From positions 1-41,588 of the IMG/VR virus record IMGVR_UViG_3300037790_000127: a stretch of 41,588 nucleotides of DNA; one strand, written 5' to 3'. How positions within the stretch are numbered: the first letter of the stretch is position 1; each line of letters begins with the position of its first letter. Positions 16,508 through 26,693 of the stretch are shown piece after piece. The position numbers were made by a program, and so were the translations under genes. Under the pieces are notes generated by a model. The model was not told where the DNA came from and did no database searches. It saw only the letters and a program-made list of their open reading frames with translations. This DNA is from a virus (lineage: Duplodnaviria > Caudoviricetes).

Positions 16508-17038
16508 TTGGCTGAGCAGGAAAATCCAGACGGCCTTGACCTGTTTGGGAACCCCGTCTTCACCACCAAGGGAAAGAGAGGGCGCCCCAAGTTTCAGTGG
16601 ACGGAGGAAAATTCTAGAAAAGTCAGTATGTTACTGGGTTTGGGTTGGTCGAATAGCCGTATTGCCTCCTGTGTTGTTGATCCCCGCACGGGCAATGCGA
16701 TCTCTGAGCCGACGCTGAAACGGTATTTTAGATCCGAGCTCAGCGAACGGAACCGGATGCGGGATCGACTGGATGCGCGCCGGTTCGAGAGAACTTGGGA
16801 CGCGGCAGAGGGTGGCAACATTGGCGCGGAGCGGCTTCTGATGCAGATGATCGATAAAAACGATCTGATGGGCGCGGGCCGCCGTCTGGACGATGCCCAG
16901 TCCGGAAAGGACGCGGACAAGTCCGGGAAAGAGCAAAAGCTCGGTAAGAAAGAGGCTGCGCAACAGGCCGCGCACGAAAGTGCCCAAGACAGCGAATGGG
17001 GTGCTGATCTCGATCTGCCCGGCTTCCGTCCGAACTGA
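16508..17038 (+). CDS. Terminase small subunit
   Basis: GRPK plus HTH (ISEPTLKRYF); between HNH and terL; TTG start behind GGAG. Confidence 0.75.
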   Translation: MAEQENPDGLDLFGNPVFTTKGKRGRPKFQWTEENSRKVSMLLGLGWSNSRIASCVVDPRTGNAISEPTLKRYFRSELSERNRMRDRLDARRFERTWDAAEGGNIGAERLLMQMIDKNDLMGAGRRLDDAQSGKDADKSGKEQKLGKKEAAQQAAHESAQDSEWGADLDLPGFRPN

Positions 17039-17048
17039 GGCTTGATCG

Positions 17049-18749
17049 GTGCTTGATTTCATCGGAGATCCCGCCGAGCGGGCGGCCTGGTCGACAGCAG
17101 TTCCCGACTGGGAGCAGCGGATCGTCAATCGCCAATCGTTGATTCCTGACCTGCCTCTCTGGGATGAACCGGCGGAGCGGGCGCTCAGGATCTTCAAGCG
17201 CCTTCGGGTGCCCGACCTTATCGGGACCCCGACCTACGGCGAGGTCAGCGATCAGTGGGTCTTCGACCTCGTGCGCGCAATTTTCGGGAGCTATGACCCG
17301 GTCAAGAAGCGGCGGATGCTGCGGGAGTTCTTCCTGCTCATTCCGAAGAAGAACGGCAAGTCGGCAATCGCGGCCGCGATCATCCTGACGGCCTGCCTGA
17401 TGAATGAACGGCCAGAAGCCGAACTGTTACTCATCGCGCCGACGATGACGATCGCGAAAATCTCCTTCAAGCAGATCAAGGGGATCATTCGTGCGGATCC
17501 GGAACTGGATAAGAGGTTTCACATCCAGGATCACGCGCGCACGATCACGCATCGTGTCAGCAAGGCGGAGATCGCCGTCAAGGCAGCTGATGGCGATGTC
17601 ATCACCGGTGGTAAGGCCACCTACACGATGATTGATGAGACTCACGAGTTCTCGCGTAAGAGCAAGGCGGACGGCGTGTTCCTCGAACTGAGGGGCGCAC
17701 TTGCCTCGCGGCCGGAGGGGTTCGTGATGCAGATCACGACCCAGTCCAAGGAACAACCGGCGGGCGTATTCAAGGCGGAGCTCGAAACTGCCCGAGCGGT
17801 GAGGGACGGGCGGTTGCAATCGCCCATGCTGGCGGTTCTCTACGAACTGCCCAGAAAGATGGCCAAGAATTGGCAGAAGCCGGAAACCTGGGCGCTGGTC
17901 AACCCTCATCTGGGCCGCTCGGTGGATCCGGGGTTCTTGCAGGATGAACTTGTCAAGGCGCGAGAGAAGGGTCCGAAGGCGCTTCAGTTGCTGGCGTCGC
18001 AACACTTCAATGTCGAGATTGGCGTTGGTTTGGGGGGCGGTTGGACTGGCGCGCTCTACTGGAAGAAAGCCGGTCCGCGGGTTTTCGATCTTGAGGAGCT
18101 GATAGAGCGCTGTGAGGTGGCGGTTGTTGGCCTTGATGGGGGAGGTCTGGATGATCTCTTTGGGCTTTCGGTTGTTGGTCGGGAAGCTGAGACCAAGAAT
18201 TGGCTAATGTGGTTCCATGCCTGGGCGCATCCAGAGGTTCTGCGGGCCCGAAAGGAAATCGCACCGCGGTTGCTTGATTTTGCCAAGGTCGGCGATCTCA
18301 CGCTGCTCGATGAGGATCAGCCGACTGGCGACATTCAGGGCGCGGCCGAAATCGTGGGGCGGTTGCTTGAGGCGGGGCTGCTGCCAGAGGAAGCCGCAAT
18401 TGGCGTGGATACCGCTCAGGTCTATGCGATCCTCGAAGAGCTGCTATCCATTGGTGTTGACGAAGACCAGCTTCGCTACATCGGTCAGGATTGGCGTCTA
18501 TCCCCTGCGATCTGGGGGATGGAGCGCAAACTTAAAGATGGAACGCTCCTGCATGCTGGGCAGCCGATGATGGAGTGGGTCCTCGGAAACGGCAAGGTCG
18601 AACAGCGCGGATCTGCTGTGCGTATGACCAAGGAAGCCGCCGGCCGCGCCAAGATCGATCCGCTGATCGCCGGCATGAATGCCTTCACCTTGATGAGCCG
18701 AAACCCGGTCGCTGCCGGCGCAAAGGCCTTTGTCTACAACGGGATGTGA
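17049..18749 (+). CDS. Terminase large subunit
   Basis: Walker A IPKKNGKS, Walker B MIDETHE, C-terminal nuclease KIDPLIA. Confidence 0.95.
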   Translation: MLDFIGDPAERAAWSTAVPDWEQRIVNRQSLIPDLPLWDEPAERALRIFKRLRVPDLIGTPTYGEVSDQWVFDLVRAIFGSYDPVKKRRMLREFFLLIPKKNGKSAIAAAIILTACLMNERPEAELLLIAPTMTIAKISFKQIKGIIRADPELDKRFHIQDHARTITHRVSKAEIAVKAADGDVITGGKATYTMIDETHEFSRKSKADGVFLELRGALASRPEGFVMQITTQSKEQPAGVFKAELETARAVRDGRLQSPMLAVLYELPRKMAKNWQKPETWALVNPHLGRSVDPGFLQDELVKAREKGPKALQLLASQHFNVEIGVGLGGGWTGALYWKKAGPRVFDLEELIERCEVAVVGLDGGGLDDLFGLSVVGREAETKNWLMWFHAWAHPEVLRARKEIAPRLLDFAKVGDLTLLDEDQPTGDIQGAAEIVGRLLEAGLLPEEAAIGVDTAQVYAILEELLSIGVDEDQLRYIGQDWRLSPAIWGMERKLKDGTLLHAGQPMMEWVLGNGKVEQRGSAVRMTKEAAGRAKIDPLIAGMNAFTLMSRNPVAAGAKAFVYNGM

Positions 18750-18751
18750 AT

Positions 18752-20035
18752 ATGGGATTGCTGGATTTCCTCCGGCCTGCGGCGGCGCAGGCCGCTCCTG
18801 CTGCGCGCGCCGAACCTCCGGTTTCTGCCTCAGCAGAAACCAATGTTTCGAGCGAGAGCCAGTGGAACGGTTTCGTGGTCGCGGGCGGACAGTCGAAATC
18901 AGGTGTCAGGGTCAATGAAAAATCAGCGTTGACGATCCCGGCGACGTTGCAGGCGCTGCGGATCCTGACGGGTGTTTTTGCCATGACACCGCTGCACTTC
19001 TATCAGAAGTCGGATCGGGGCCGGTTGTCTGCGGAGGGAAATCCCGCTGCTGTATTGTTCCGGTTGGGGCCAAACAGCCATCAGACGGCTTTTGCGTTCT
19101 TCGAGCTGCTCCTCGCGGACATTCTGTTGGCGGGCAACTTCTACGGCTACATCAGCCGCGACCAGCGAGGAGAGGTGAAGGCGGTCACCAGGTTGAAGCC
19201 CGGTCACTGTCAGCCGGTCGAGTATTTCGATCGCGCAGAAGGCACGATCCTGTTCTTCGATGCAACTCTCCCAGATGGGAGCCATGAGCGTTTTCCGGCG
19301 CGGGACATCTTCCACGTCGGAGGGTTCTCGCGTGACGGAATTCAGGGATTGAATCCGGTCCAATATGCCCGCGATGCGCTCGGCGGAGCTATCGCTACCT
19401 CCGATCATGCGTCCCGGTTCTGGAACAAGGGTGGACGGCCTTCGACGGTTTTGACCAGCGCGAACAAGATCGGACCGGAGGACAAGGGTCGGATCCGGAA
19501 AGACTGGACGCAGATGTATTCGGGTCCTGACGCCGATATGGTCGCAGTTCTCGACCAGGACCTCAAAGCAGAGTTCCTGACGCATGATCTGAAGTCGAAC
19601 CAGTTTATTGAGACCCGCCAGTTCCAGGTTGTCGACCTAGCCCGTATCTGGGGCGTCCCTCCGCATCTGATCTTCGATCTCTCCCGCGCCACGTTTGGCA
19701 ACATCGAACAGCAGAGCCTCGAGTTCGTGATCTATCACCTCGGCCCTCACTACACGCGTGTCGCGCAGGCCGCGACCAAGGCCTTCGCGCGGGCGGGCTT
19801 CTATTTCGAACATGTCACGGATGCGTTGGTCAAAGGCGACTTGAAAAGCCGAATGGAGGCCTACTGGCTGCAACGTCAGATGGGCATGGCAAATGGCAAC
19901 GAACTGCGCAGCTACGAGAATCTCCCGAACATCAAAGGCGCTGCGGGCACGGATTACTGGATGCCAGCGAACATGCAGGTTGCAGGCAAAGAACACGCGC
20001 AAGACAGCGCTGGCCAAAGCGGAGACCAGACATGA
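18752..20035 (+). CDS. Portal protein, HK97 family
   Basis: GNFYGYI, IFHV, QFIETR..LARIWGVPPHLI and FGNIEQQSLEF motifs. Confidence 0.95.
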   Translation: MGLLDFLRPAAAQAAPAARAEPPVSASAETNVSSESQWNGFVVAGGQSKSGVRVNEKSALTIPATLQALRILTGVFAMTPLHFYQKSDRGRLSAEGNPAAVLFRLGPNSHQTAFAFFELLLADILLAGNFYGYISRDQRGEVKAVTRLKPGHCQPVEYFDRAEGTILFFDATLPDGSHERFPARDIFHVGGFSRDGIQGLNPVQYARDALGGAIATSDHASRFWNKGGRPSTVLTSANKIGPEDKGRIRKDWTQMYSGPDADMVAVLDQDLKAEFLTHDLKSNQFIETRQFQVVDLARIWGVPPHLIFDLSRATFGNIEQQSLEFVIYHLGPHYTRVAQAATKAFARAGFYFEHVTDALVKGDLKSRMEAYWLQRQMGMANGNELRSYENLPNIKGAAGTDYWMPANMQVAGKEHAQDSAGQSGDQT

Positions 20036-20979
20036 AACAGGAACTTACGGCATTGGTTGCGGCCATTCGGGCGCAGCCCTGGGCGATCATGCCAGACTAT
20101 CTCAATGCGATTGAAGCGATTGCGCTGCGTGCTCTCGATGAGGATGTGCTTCGTCGAGTTGCGCAAGACGGGCATGTTCCACGTCTAGAGGCGAATTTGT
20201 CAGCCGTCGCTGCGGTCGGGACGCGTCTCGAGGGAACCGGCATGAGCACGATCCGGGATGGAACCGCTGTCGTTCCCATGTTCGGACCGATCTTTCCGAG
20301 GGCTTCGATGGTGAACGCTTCAACCGATGGAACCTCGCTCGATGCATACATGCGGGACATTCGCGTGGCACAGGCATCGACCGATGTGACCCGGATTGTG
20401 ACCCTTGTTGATAGTCCTGGCGGTGTTGTGTCCGGACTGGGCGAGGCCGCGGAAACACTGCGTGCTTCTGCCAAGCCGATCACCGCCTTTGTCACTGGCA
20501 ACTGCGCGTCGGCAGCCTACTGGCTGTGCAGCCAAGTCAGGGAAATCGTGTTGGACCGCTCAGCCGCGGTCGGGTCCATCGGCGTGGTGGCGTCGATGTC
20601 GCGGCAGGAGGTCGCGGATTCAAACGGGCGGCGCTCTTATGAAATCGTGAGCAGCAACGCTCCTGACAAGCGCCCTGATCCTTCGACCGAAGAGGGGCGC
20701 GCATCAATCCAAACAGAAATCGACGCGGTTGAAACCCTGTTCATCGAGGACGTGGCGAACGGTCGTGGCGTCTCTGTCGATCATGTTCGCGCTGAGTTTG
20801 GTCGCGGCGCTTTGGTGTCCGCCAAGCGCGCCATCGCCGCTGGCATGGCCGATCGCGTCGGTACGCTCGAGGGCGTCTTGACTGAAGAATCCGGGCGCAC
20901 CCGGAAAACTGGGGCAGGTCGCAGTGCGCGCGCGACCGCTGAAATCGAAGCGCGGCGGCGAGCCGCAATGAGGAATTGA
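20032..20979 (+). CDS. Prohead protease, S49 family
   Basis: VDSPGGVV, CASAAYWL and VGSIGVV motifs. Confidence 0.92.
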   Translation: MKQELTALVAAIRAQPWAIMPDYLNAIEAIALRALDEDVLRRVAQDGHVPRLEANLSAVAAVGTRLEGTGMSTIRDGTAVVPMFGPIFPRASMVNASTDGTSLDAYMRDIRVAQASTDVTRIVTLVDSPGGVVSGLGEAAETLRASAKPITAFVTGNCASAAYWLCSQVREIVLDRSAAVGSIGVVASMSRQEVADSNGRRSYEIVSSNAPDKRPDPSTEEGRASIQTEIDAVETLFIEDVANGRGVSVDHVRAEFGRGALVSAKRAIAAGMADRVGTLEGVLTEESGRTRKTGAGRSARATAEIEARRRAAMRN

Positions 20980-20981
20980 CC

Positions 20982-22301
20982 ATGGATAGGATCCTGGAAC
21001 TGCGAGCCCGCCGTGCGGGTCTCATCGATGATATGGACGCTTTGGTGGCGTCGATCGGAGATGATGATGACTGGACCGATGAGCAGTCGGCCCAATTCGA
21101 GTCCCTGAAGGCCGAAGATGACAAAGTGACAGCCGAACTGGCACGGTTGGAAGACATCGAGCGTCGGCGCGCACAGGCGGCACAACCGCCTGCACCGCTG
21201 CCGAGTTCGGGGGGCACACAGGCCAGCGGCGCTCCAACTGCGCCGGCTACGCCGAAAGAGCCTGGTCTCCAATTCGCACGCATCGTGCGCACCATCGCGG
21301 CAGCCGGAGGCAATCATTTCGTGGCTCAGCAAATCGCTGAGGCAAATGGGGACACGGGTCTGTTTGCAAACCAAAACATGACCAATGGCGCTGCGGGTGG
21401 TTTCCTGGTCCCGGAAGATGTGTCTGGTGAAGTGATCGAGCTGCTGCGCCCGATGAGCGTAGTGACAGCGATGGGCCCACGGATCGTTCCGATGCCGAAC
21501 GGCAACATGACCACTAATCGCCGCGCGACTGGTGCCAATTTCGATTATGGGGGTGAGCAGCAGGACATCAAGGCAACCGGCTATGAATATGGTCAGGTGA
21601 AGCTGTCTGCGAAAAAGTTGAGCGGGATCATCCCGATTTCCAACGATCTGCTGCGTACTGCTTCCACCGCCGTTGATCGCATGGTGCGCGACGATGCGCT
21701 GGCAGACGCCGCGCAGATCCAAGATCGCCATTTCTTGCGCGGTGCGGGCACGGATTATGCGCCCAAGGGGCTACGGTACCAGAGCACGGGGACGCCCTTC
21801 GCCGCTACCCACGTGCTGTCTATGACGGCTGCCCCGACTCTGCAAAAGGTGGACAACGACCTGGGGCGGATGGAGCTGGCGCTTGCAAACAGCAACCTGG
21901 TGGTCACCGGCGCGCATTGGATCATGTCGCCGCGCACAGCCATGTTCCTGACCAACCTGCGGGATGGTAACGGCAACAAGGTCTATCCCGAAATGGCCAA
22001 TGGCCAGCTGCGCATGAAGCCGGTGCACATCACCACCGAAATCCCGGACAACCTCGGCGTCGGTGGCGATGAATCGGAAATCATGCTGGCGCATCCCGGC
22101 CACATCCTTGTCGGTGAGCACATGGGGATCGAGGTCGCGATGTCGACCGAAGCGGCCTACAAGGATTCCGCAGGCAATATGCAGGCAGCCTTCTCGCGCG
22201 ATGAGACCCTGATGCGCATGATTATGCAGCATGACATCGGCCTGCGCCACCTGGCGGCGGTGGCAATCCTGACCGGCGTGACCTGGGCACCCGGAATCTG
22301 A
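20982..22301 (+). CDS. Major capsid protein, HK97 fold
   Basis: Coiled-coil delta domain, AGGFLVPE, KKLSGIIPISNDLL, LRDGNG. Confidence 0.95.
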   Translation: MDRILELRARRAGLIDDMDALVASIGDDDDWTDEQSAQFESLKAEDDKVTAELARLEDIERRRAQAAQPPAPLPSSGGTQASGAPTAPATPKEPGLQFARIVRTIAAAGGNHFVAQQIAEANGDTGLFANQNMTNGAAGGFLVPEDVSGEVIELLRPMSVVTAMGPRIVPMPNGNMTTNRRATGANFDYGGEQQDIKATGYEYGQVKLSAKKLSGIIPISNDLLRTASTAVDRMVRDDALADAAQIQDRHFLRGAGTDYAPKGLRYQSTGTPFAATHVLSMTAAPTLQKVDNDLGRMELALANSNLVVTGAHWIMSPRTAMFLTNLRDGNGNKVYPEMANGQLRMKPVHITTEIPDNLGVGGDESEIMLAHPGHILVGEHMGIEVAMSTEAAYKDSAGNMQAAFSRDETLMRMIMQHDIGLRHLAAVAILTGVTWAPGI

Positions 22302-22364
22302 TCCTGAGCCGGCGGGCTCGACCGGGCTCGCCATTTCCATTCGGTCAGACAGAGGAGATATGTC

Positions 22365-22826
22365 ATGACCACACAATTGCGTAATATCGGCGCGCTGATT
22401 TCAGTTCTGCGTGCCTCCGCCAATGTCGCTGCGACGGCCGGCGGGTCGGGCGATGCCACGGAAGTGGTTGGCGCCATCATTGATCGCGGTGAGATCGGTT
22501 TCCCGCAGAGCTGCGTGCTCGCCATCCCGTTCTCGGCGACCCTCGCGGAGGGAGAAACGCTGTCGATTGCCTGCGATATCGAGTCTAGCAACGACTCGAA
22601 CGTCAGCGGCGCGACAGCCGTCAAGACGGCCGCGAGCGCTGTTGTTGCTACCGGCCCCTCCGGTGGCGGAACTGTCACGGGCACGCTCGAGCTCGATGCA
22701 GCTATCATGGGGGCGGGCCGGTACGTCCGCGCGAACTTCACTCCCGAGCTGAGTGCGGCCGATACCGACACGGCCGCGTTGTCATCTGTCCTCGTATTCG
22801 GCGGCGCGGACCGCTTGCCGGCATGA
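22365..22826 (+). CDS. Putative capsid decoration / structural protein
   Basis: Beta-rich Ala/Gly/Thr protein after the capsid gene; AGGAG RBS. Confidence 0.6.
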   Translation: MTTQLRNIGALISVLRASANVAATAGGSGDATEVVGAIIDRGEIGFPQSCVLAIPFSATLAEGETLSIACDIESSNDSNVSGATAVKTAASAVVATGPSGGGTVTGTLELDAAIMGAGRYVRANFTPELSAADTDTAALSSVLVFGGADRLPA

Positions 22827-23284
22827 AATCCGTCGAGTTCCTGAAGTCCTATCGCATGTATCAACCAGGTGAAATCGCCGGGTTCGATGATGTTTTGGCG
22901 GACAAGTTGATCGAGGGTGGTTTTGCTGTTCTTCCCGGCACCAAAGGTGCCTTGAAGACGGCAACCGCCGATGTGCTGGTGAACCCGTTGGATCGCGACG
23001 ATGACGTCGTCGATGTTGCATCGGACACGAAGGATGGCAATGAGCCCAGCATCGATACGAGCACGGTGGTGATTGAACCTGGAGGCGGCGGTCAGTCGTC
23101 TCTCGCAGCCTCTGTAACTGTCACCGGAGATCCAGGCGCAACGGATACTGATGAAGTGTCAGGGTCGGATGGCGTGGCACCAGACGCCGCTGCTGAGACA
23201 GCGGAGGGATCGGTCAAACCCAGAAAATCCGCGTCGGGGTCAACCTCGGATACCACCAAGAAATCCACTGCGAAAAAGGCCTGA
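22823..23284 (+). CDS. Hypothetical head-associated protein with acidic low-complexity tail
   Basis: YQPGEIAGF..ADKLIEGGFA N-terminus; position between capsid and connector genes. Confidence 0.6.
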   Translation: MKSVEFLKSYRMYQPGEIAGFDDVLADKLIEGGFAVLPGTKGALKTATADVLVNPLDRDDDVVDVASDTKDGNEPSIDTSTVVIEPGGGGQSSLAASVTVTGDPGATDTDEVSGSDGVAPDAAAETAEGSVKPRKSASGSTSDTTKKSTAKKA

Positions 23285-23287
23285 CCA

Positions 23288-23869
23288 ATGCGTCTGACCC
23301 TTACCGCGCCAGCGGCTGATCTTCCGGTATCGCTCGAAGAGGCAAAAAGGCACTGCCGTGTCGAGGCGGATGACACCGAAGATGATCCACTGATCGAGGG
23401 TCTTATTGCGGGGGCAGTGGATTACCTCGATGGCCCGTCCGGCATCCTTGGGCGGGCCATCGTCACGCAGACTTGGCTTCTGGAGCTGCCGAGCTTTCCT
23501 GTTGCGCTTGATGTTCCACTGGAGCCGGTCCGTTCGATCGCCATCACCTATCTGGATGCTTCCGGGGTGGAGCAGGCCTTGCCGGATGGGGCCTATGAGC
23601 TGAACGCGCAACCCTCGCAACGGACGCAGTTGGCTTTGGTCAGCGGCACGGCTCTGCCGGTGCTACAAAACACAAGCTGGCCTGTTCGGATCTCGATTAT
23701 CGCTGGGTTCGGCGACGCCAGCGCGTGTCCACCGGGCCTGAAAACCGCAATCAAGATGATGGTTGGTCTATGGTACGAGCATCGTGAAGCTATCATTCCG
23801 ACTGATCTTGTCAGTGGTTGGCCAGCCCCGATCGGAGCACTTTTGGCGCGTTGGCGCGTTTCTCTGTGA
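23288..23869 (+). CDS. Head-tail connector (gp6-like)
   Basis: PVSLEEAKRHCRV..DD.LI; AIKMMVGLWYEHRE. Confidence 0.9.
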   Translation: MRLTLTAPAADLPVSLEEAKRHCRVEADDTEDDPLIEGLIAGAVDYLDGPSGILGRAIVTQTWLLELPSFPVALDVPLEPVRSIAITYLDASGVEQALPDGAYELNAQPSQRTQLALVSGTALPVLQNTSWPVRISIIAGFGDASACPPGLKTAIKMMVGLWYEHREAIIPTDLVSGWPAPIGALLARWRVSL

Positions 23870-23881
23870 GAGAATGAGTTC

Positions 23882-24268
23882 ATGAAGAACAGAACAATCG
23901 CGGGTCGGTTAAAAGAGCATGTTGCCTTCGACGCGCCAGTAGAAAATCCAGATGGTGCTGGCGGTGTCGAGATCGGGTGGAGCGAATTTCGTACTTGCCG
24001 CGCAGAGTTCATTTATTCTCGCGGCAGTGAAGCTGTTGAGGCGTCCCGCCTGCAGGGACGCTCTGTGTATAAGGTCAAAATCCGTGATCTGGGGACTGCA
24101 TCCCAAATTAACCAGTCTAGCCGGATGCGGACAGTGCGACGTGGTTCTCCGAACGGCGAGCGTCTTTCCGATCCACTACCCGGCGAGCGCTACAACGTAA
24201 GAGAGGTTGACCGGATCACAACGCGGGGCTGGGTCTATCTGGTTGTCGAAAGCGGGGTGGCCAGCTGA
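23882..24268 (+). CDS. Head closure / head-tail adaptor
   Basis: AGRLKEHVAF...DGAGG motif; synteny. Confidence 0.85.
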   Translation: MKNRTIAGRLKEHVAFDAPVENPDGAGGVEIGWSEFRTCRAEFIYSRGSEAVEASRLQGRSVYKVKIRDLGTASQINQSSRMRTVRRGSPNGERLSDPLPGERYNVREVDRITTRGWVYLVVESGVAS

Positions 24269-24675
24269 TGGCCTCAGTTTCTCTTGAGCTTCAGAAGGCG
24301 ATCTATGAAGCGCTGACCAGTGACGATGCAGTTTCCGCGCTTGTGGGTGATCGAGTGTACGACGGGACACCATCGAACCAACAGTTTCCTTATATAACCT
24401 TCGGGCCGAACGACAGAATTTTGGAAGACTTGGAGTGCATATCGGCTTCGACGGAGACACTTCAGCTCGACGTCTGGTCGCGTGATCAAGGCCGTCTGGG
24501 GCCATGCAAGGCAGTATGTGACGCGGTCCGAAATGCTTTGCATTTGGCTGGTCTCGAGCTGCAGGTCAATGCTCTAGTACGCATCCGTGTCGATAGAGTT
24601 CGTGTGTTCAAGGATAGCGATGGTGTCACTGCTCATGGCGTCGTGACGATCGAGGCGGATTTGGAGGAGGTTTGA
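24268..24675 (+). CDS. Tail terminator (DUF3168-like)
   Basis: LQKAIYEAL..LVGDRVYD..FPYITFG..LQLDVWS..TAHGV. Confidence 0.85.
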   Translation: MASVSLELQKAIYEALTSDDAVSALVGDRVYDGTPSNQQFPYITFGPNDRILEDLECISASTETLQLDVWSRDQGRLGPCKAVCDAVRNALHLAGLELQVNALVRIRVDRVRVFKDSDGVTAHGVVTIEADLEEV

Positions 24676-25088
24676 TGGTTCAGGGGCTCGCTAAATTCAA
24701 CCGGCGATGGTCGGCCATTCCCGCCAGAGTTCGCAAAGCGGCTCGGGATACGCTCGAGCAGAACGCGAACGAGATCGTTGCGGACATGAAGAGATTTGTG
24801 CCGGTTCGCGATGAGGCCGGCGGAACCCTGCGGGATAGCATAAACTGGACGTGGGGCGATGCGCCGGAAGGATCTATCGCTATCGGCACAGTCGGCGGGA
24901 AGGAATACTCGACCCTGCGCATAACGATCTACGCGGGGGGCGGTGACGCTTTCTACGCCGTGTTCCAGGAGTTCGGTACACGCAACATGCCCGCCAATCC
25001 GTTCTTTTACCCAGTCTGGAGGGCCCGGAAGCGGCGCGTGAAGTCGCGCCTGACACGCAACATCAACAAAGCGATCAAAGAGGCTTAA
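24675..25088 (+). CDS. HK97 gp10-like tail completion protein
   Basis: GTLRDSI and FYAVFQEFGTRNMPANPFFYP motifs. Confidence 0.9.
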   Translation: MVQGLAKFNRRWSAIPARVRKAARDTLEQNANEIVADMKRFVPVRDEAGGTLRDSINWTWGDAPEGSIAIGTVGGKEYSTLRITIYAGGGDAFYAVFQEFGTRNMPANPFFYPVWRARKRRVKSRLTRNINKAIKEA

Positions 25089-25093
25089 CCCCC

Positions 25094-25267
25094 ATGAAGA
25101 TTAAGATCATCAAGGATGCGCACCATCGCATCAGTTCGAGCAGAAGCCAATCTTTCAAGGCCGGCTCGGAGGTATCGGTCCCTAAAGCAACGGCTGAAGC
25201 GCTGATAGAACAGAGCGTGGCCGAGATGATCGACGACAAGAAACCGTCATCCACAAAGGAGAAATGA
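25094..25267 (+). CDS. 57-aa hypothetical structural-region protein (absent from ORF track)
   Basis: Manual translation MKIKIIKDAHHRISSSRSQSFKAGSEVSVPKATAEALIEQSVAEMIDDKKPSSTKEK; exactly fills the gap. Confidence 0.7.
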   Translation: MKIKIIKDAHHRISSSRSQSFKAGSEVSVPKATAEALIEQSVAEMIDDKKPSSTKEK

Positions 25268-25268
25268 C

Positions 25269-25715
25269 ATGTCGACGGGCAAACAGACTACGCGGCTGAT
25301 CGTTCAGCTTGGTGACGGGGCGACCCCGACCGAGACCTTCGCGCACACGTGCGGTGCCAATACTTTTGGTATCACGCTAACGAACAACCTTGGCGAAAAC
25401 ACTGTTCTGGACTGTGACGATCCGCTGGACGTTCCAGCGGTGATCATCCGGCACCTCGAGAGCCAAGACACCAGCGTCACGATCAGCGGCATGGTAACGA
25501 CCGAGGCGTGGCCGACGTGGCGCGCTTGGGCTGACGGTGGGACCGAGAAGAACATCAAACTTCTCTTGGACGAACCTGCGGCGGCCAATGGAGGTTTCTG
25601 GACGTTACCAGCATTTTTGGCTGGTCTAGAGTTGGGAAAAGAGACGAGCGGAAAGGTCACATTTAGTGCGACCATATCCGGCGCTGGACAACGTGTCTGG
25701 ACTGACGCCACCTGA
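25269..25715 (+). CDS. Major tail tube protein (GTA/TP901-like)
   Basis: LGDGATPTETF..CG, DCDDP, SVTISG, GKVTFSATISGAG. Confidence 0.88.
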   Translation: MSTGKQTTRLIVQLGDGATPTETFAHTCGANTFGITLTNNLGENTVLDCDDPLDVPAVIIRHLESQDTSVTISGMVTTEAWPTWRAWADGGTEKNIKLLLDEPAAANGGFWTLPAFLAGLELGKETSGKVTFSATISGAGQRVWTDAT

Positions 25716-26248
25716 TGGCTGACGTAATTACAGAGTGGGCCGGGAAAGATCGTCTTTTTCGGCTCAACTTCGGGGGAGTCCTTGAACTTGAGGAAGCCTG
25801 CGGAAAAGAACCGATTGGTGCAATTTTCTTGCGCGTTTCTTCAGGTAAGTTCCGGGCAGAGGATATTTGGCACACGATCCGGATTGCACTGATCGGCGGA
25901 GGCGAGAACAAGGTAGAAGCCAAGCGGCTTATGGAGAAGTTCTTTGACCAGATGCCGTACCACGATCACGCAGCTCTCGCTGGTGATATCTTGATCGCTC
26001 TCATGGCTGGCGTTGAGGACGAGGATGAGACTGGCGACAGGTCCGATCCTGAGGCGATCCGCTTTTCCGAGGTCAGCCAGATATGCCGCGAGTTCAACAT
26101 GTCTCCACTGGACCTGCGCGAGATGACTTATTCGGACTTCATCAACATGGTGCGTGGATTTAACGCTGGCAGCAGGAAGGCGGAGCCACCAACTGAGGAA
26201 GAGTTCGATGCAATCCTTGCGAAGTACGAGCCGGAGGCGTTGAAGTAA
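25715..26248 (+). CDS. Tail assembly chaperone (GTA-gp10-like) with C-terminal extension
   Basis: FRLNFGGVLELEEACG..IRIALIGGG; between tail tube and tape measure. Confidence 0.8.
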   Translation: MADVITEWAGKDRLFRLNFGGVLELEEACGKEPIGAIFLRVSSGKFRAEDIWHTIRIALIGGGENKVEAKRLMEKFFDQMPYHDHAALAGDILIALMAGVEDEDETGDRSDPEAIRFSEVSQICREFNMSPLDLREMTYSDFINMVRGFNAGSRKAEPPTEEEFDAILAKYEPEALK

Positions 26249-26319
26249 AAACTATGTTTCGCTTCATGGCCGAAGCGCTCGAAGCGGAACAAACCCCGGC
26301 GTGCCCCGCAACGGGCGGA

Positions 26320-26634
26320 CTAGTCTCGCGGAATCGTTGCACATATCTCATGTGATATCGATAGCATCTCACGCGCTTTGCTGACTAAATCGAGAGATAG
26401 ATTGAGAAAATCATTCATGGCCGACACGTCCTTGTAGGATAGGTCTGGGTGACTTTCGGAAATCACAGAGATGCCCGGGTTTTTTTCATAAAGGTCGGCA
26501 AATCCATCAAGTTCTGACGCGATGCGCGCTATCGCCTCCTCAAGTTCAAAAGCGGTCTCTGAACAGCTCGGCTTTGACTGTGCGCTCTGTGAGAGAGAAG
26601 CGCAAAAAACGCCAACCCATACCAAAAATCTCAT
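26320..26634 (-). CDS. Secreted helical accessory protein (moron)
   Basis: Signal-peptide-like MRFLVWVGVFCASLSQSAQS; opposite strand; GGAGG upstream. Confidence 0.6.
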   Translation of the reverse strand: MRFLVWVGVFCASLSQSAQSKPSCSETAFELEEAIARIASELDGFADLYEKNPGISVISESHPDLSYKDVSAMNDFLNLSLDLVSKAREMLSISHEICATIPRD

Positions 26635-26693
26635 CTTTCAATCCTCCTGCATCAACTTCTGGGGGATCATTGCACGAACCGGGAGCTCTTTTA

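Noticed and set aside
16440-16510. Exact cos site
   Set aside because: The position between HNH and terS with a G-run is suggestive, but the cut site cannot be defined from sequence alone
20781-21731. Long antisense ORFs (also 4087-4623, 18923-19585, 22157-22864, 28790-29551, 31790-32575, 33604-34308)
   Set aside because: Shadows of well-supported genes in GC-rich DNA; no motifs recognised
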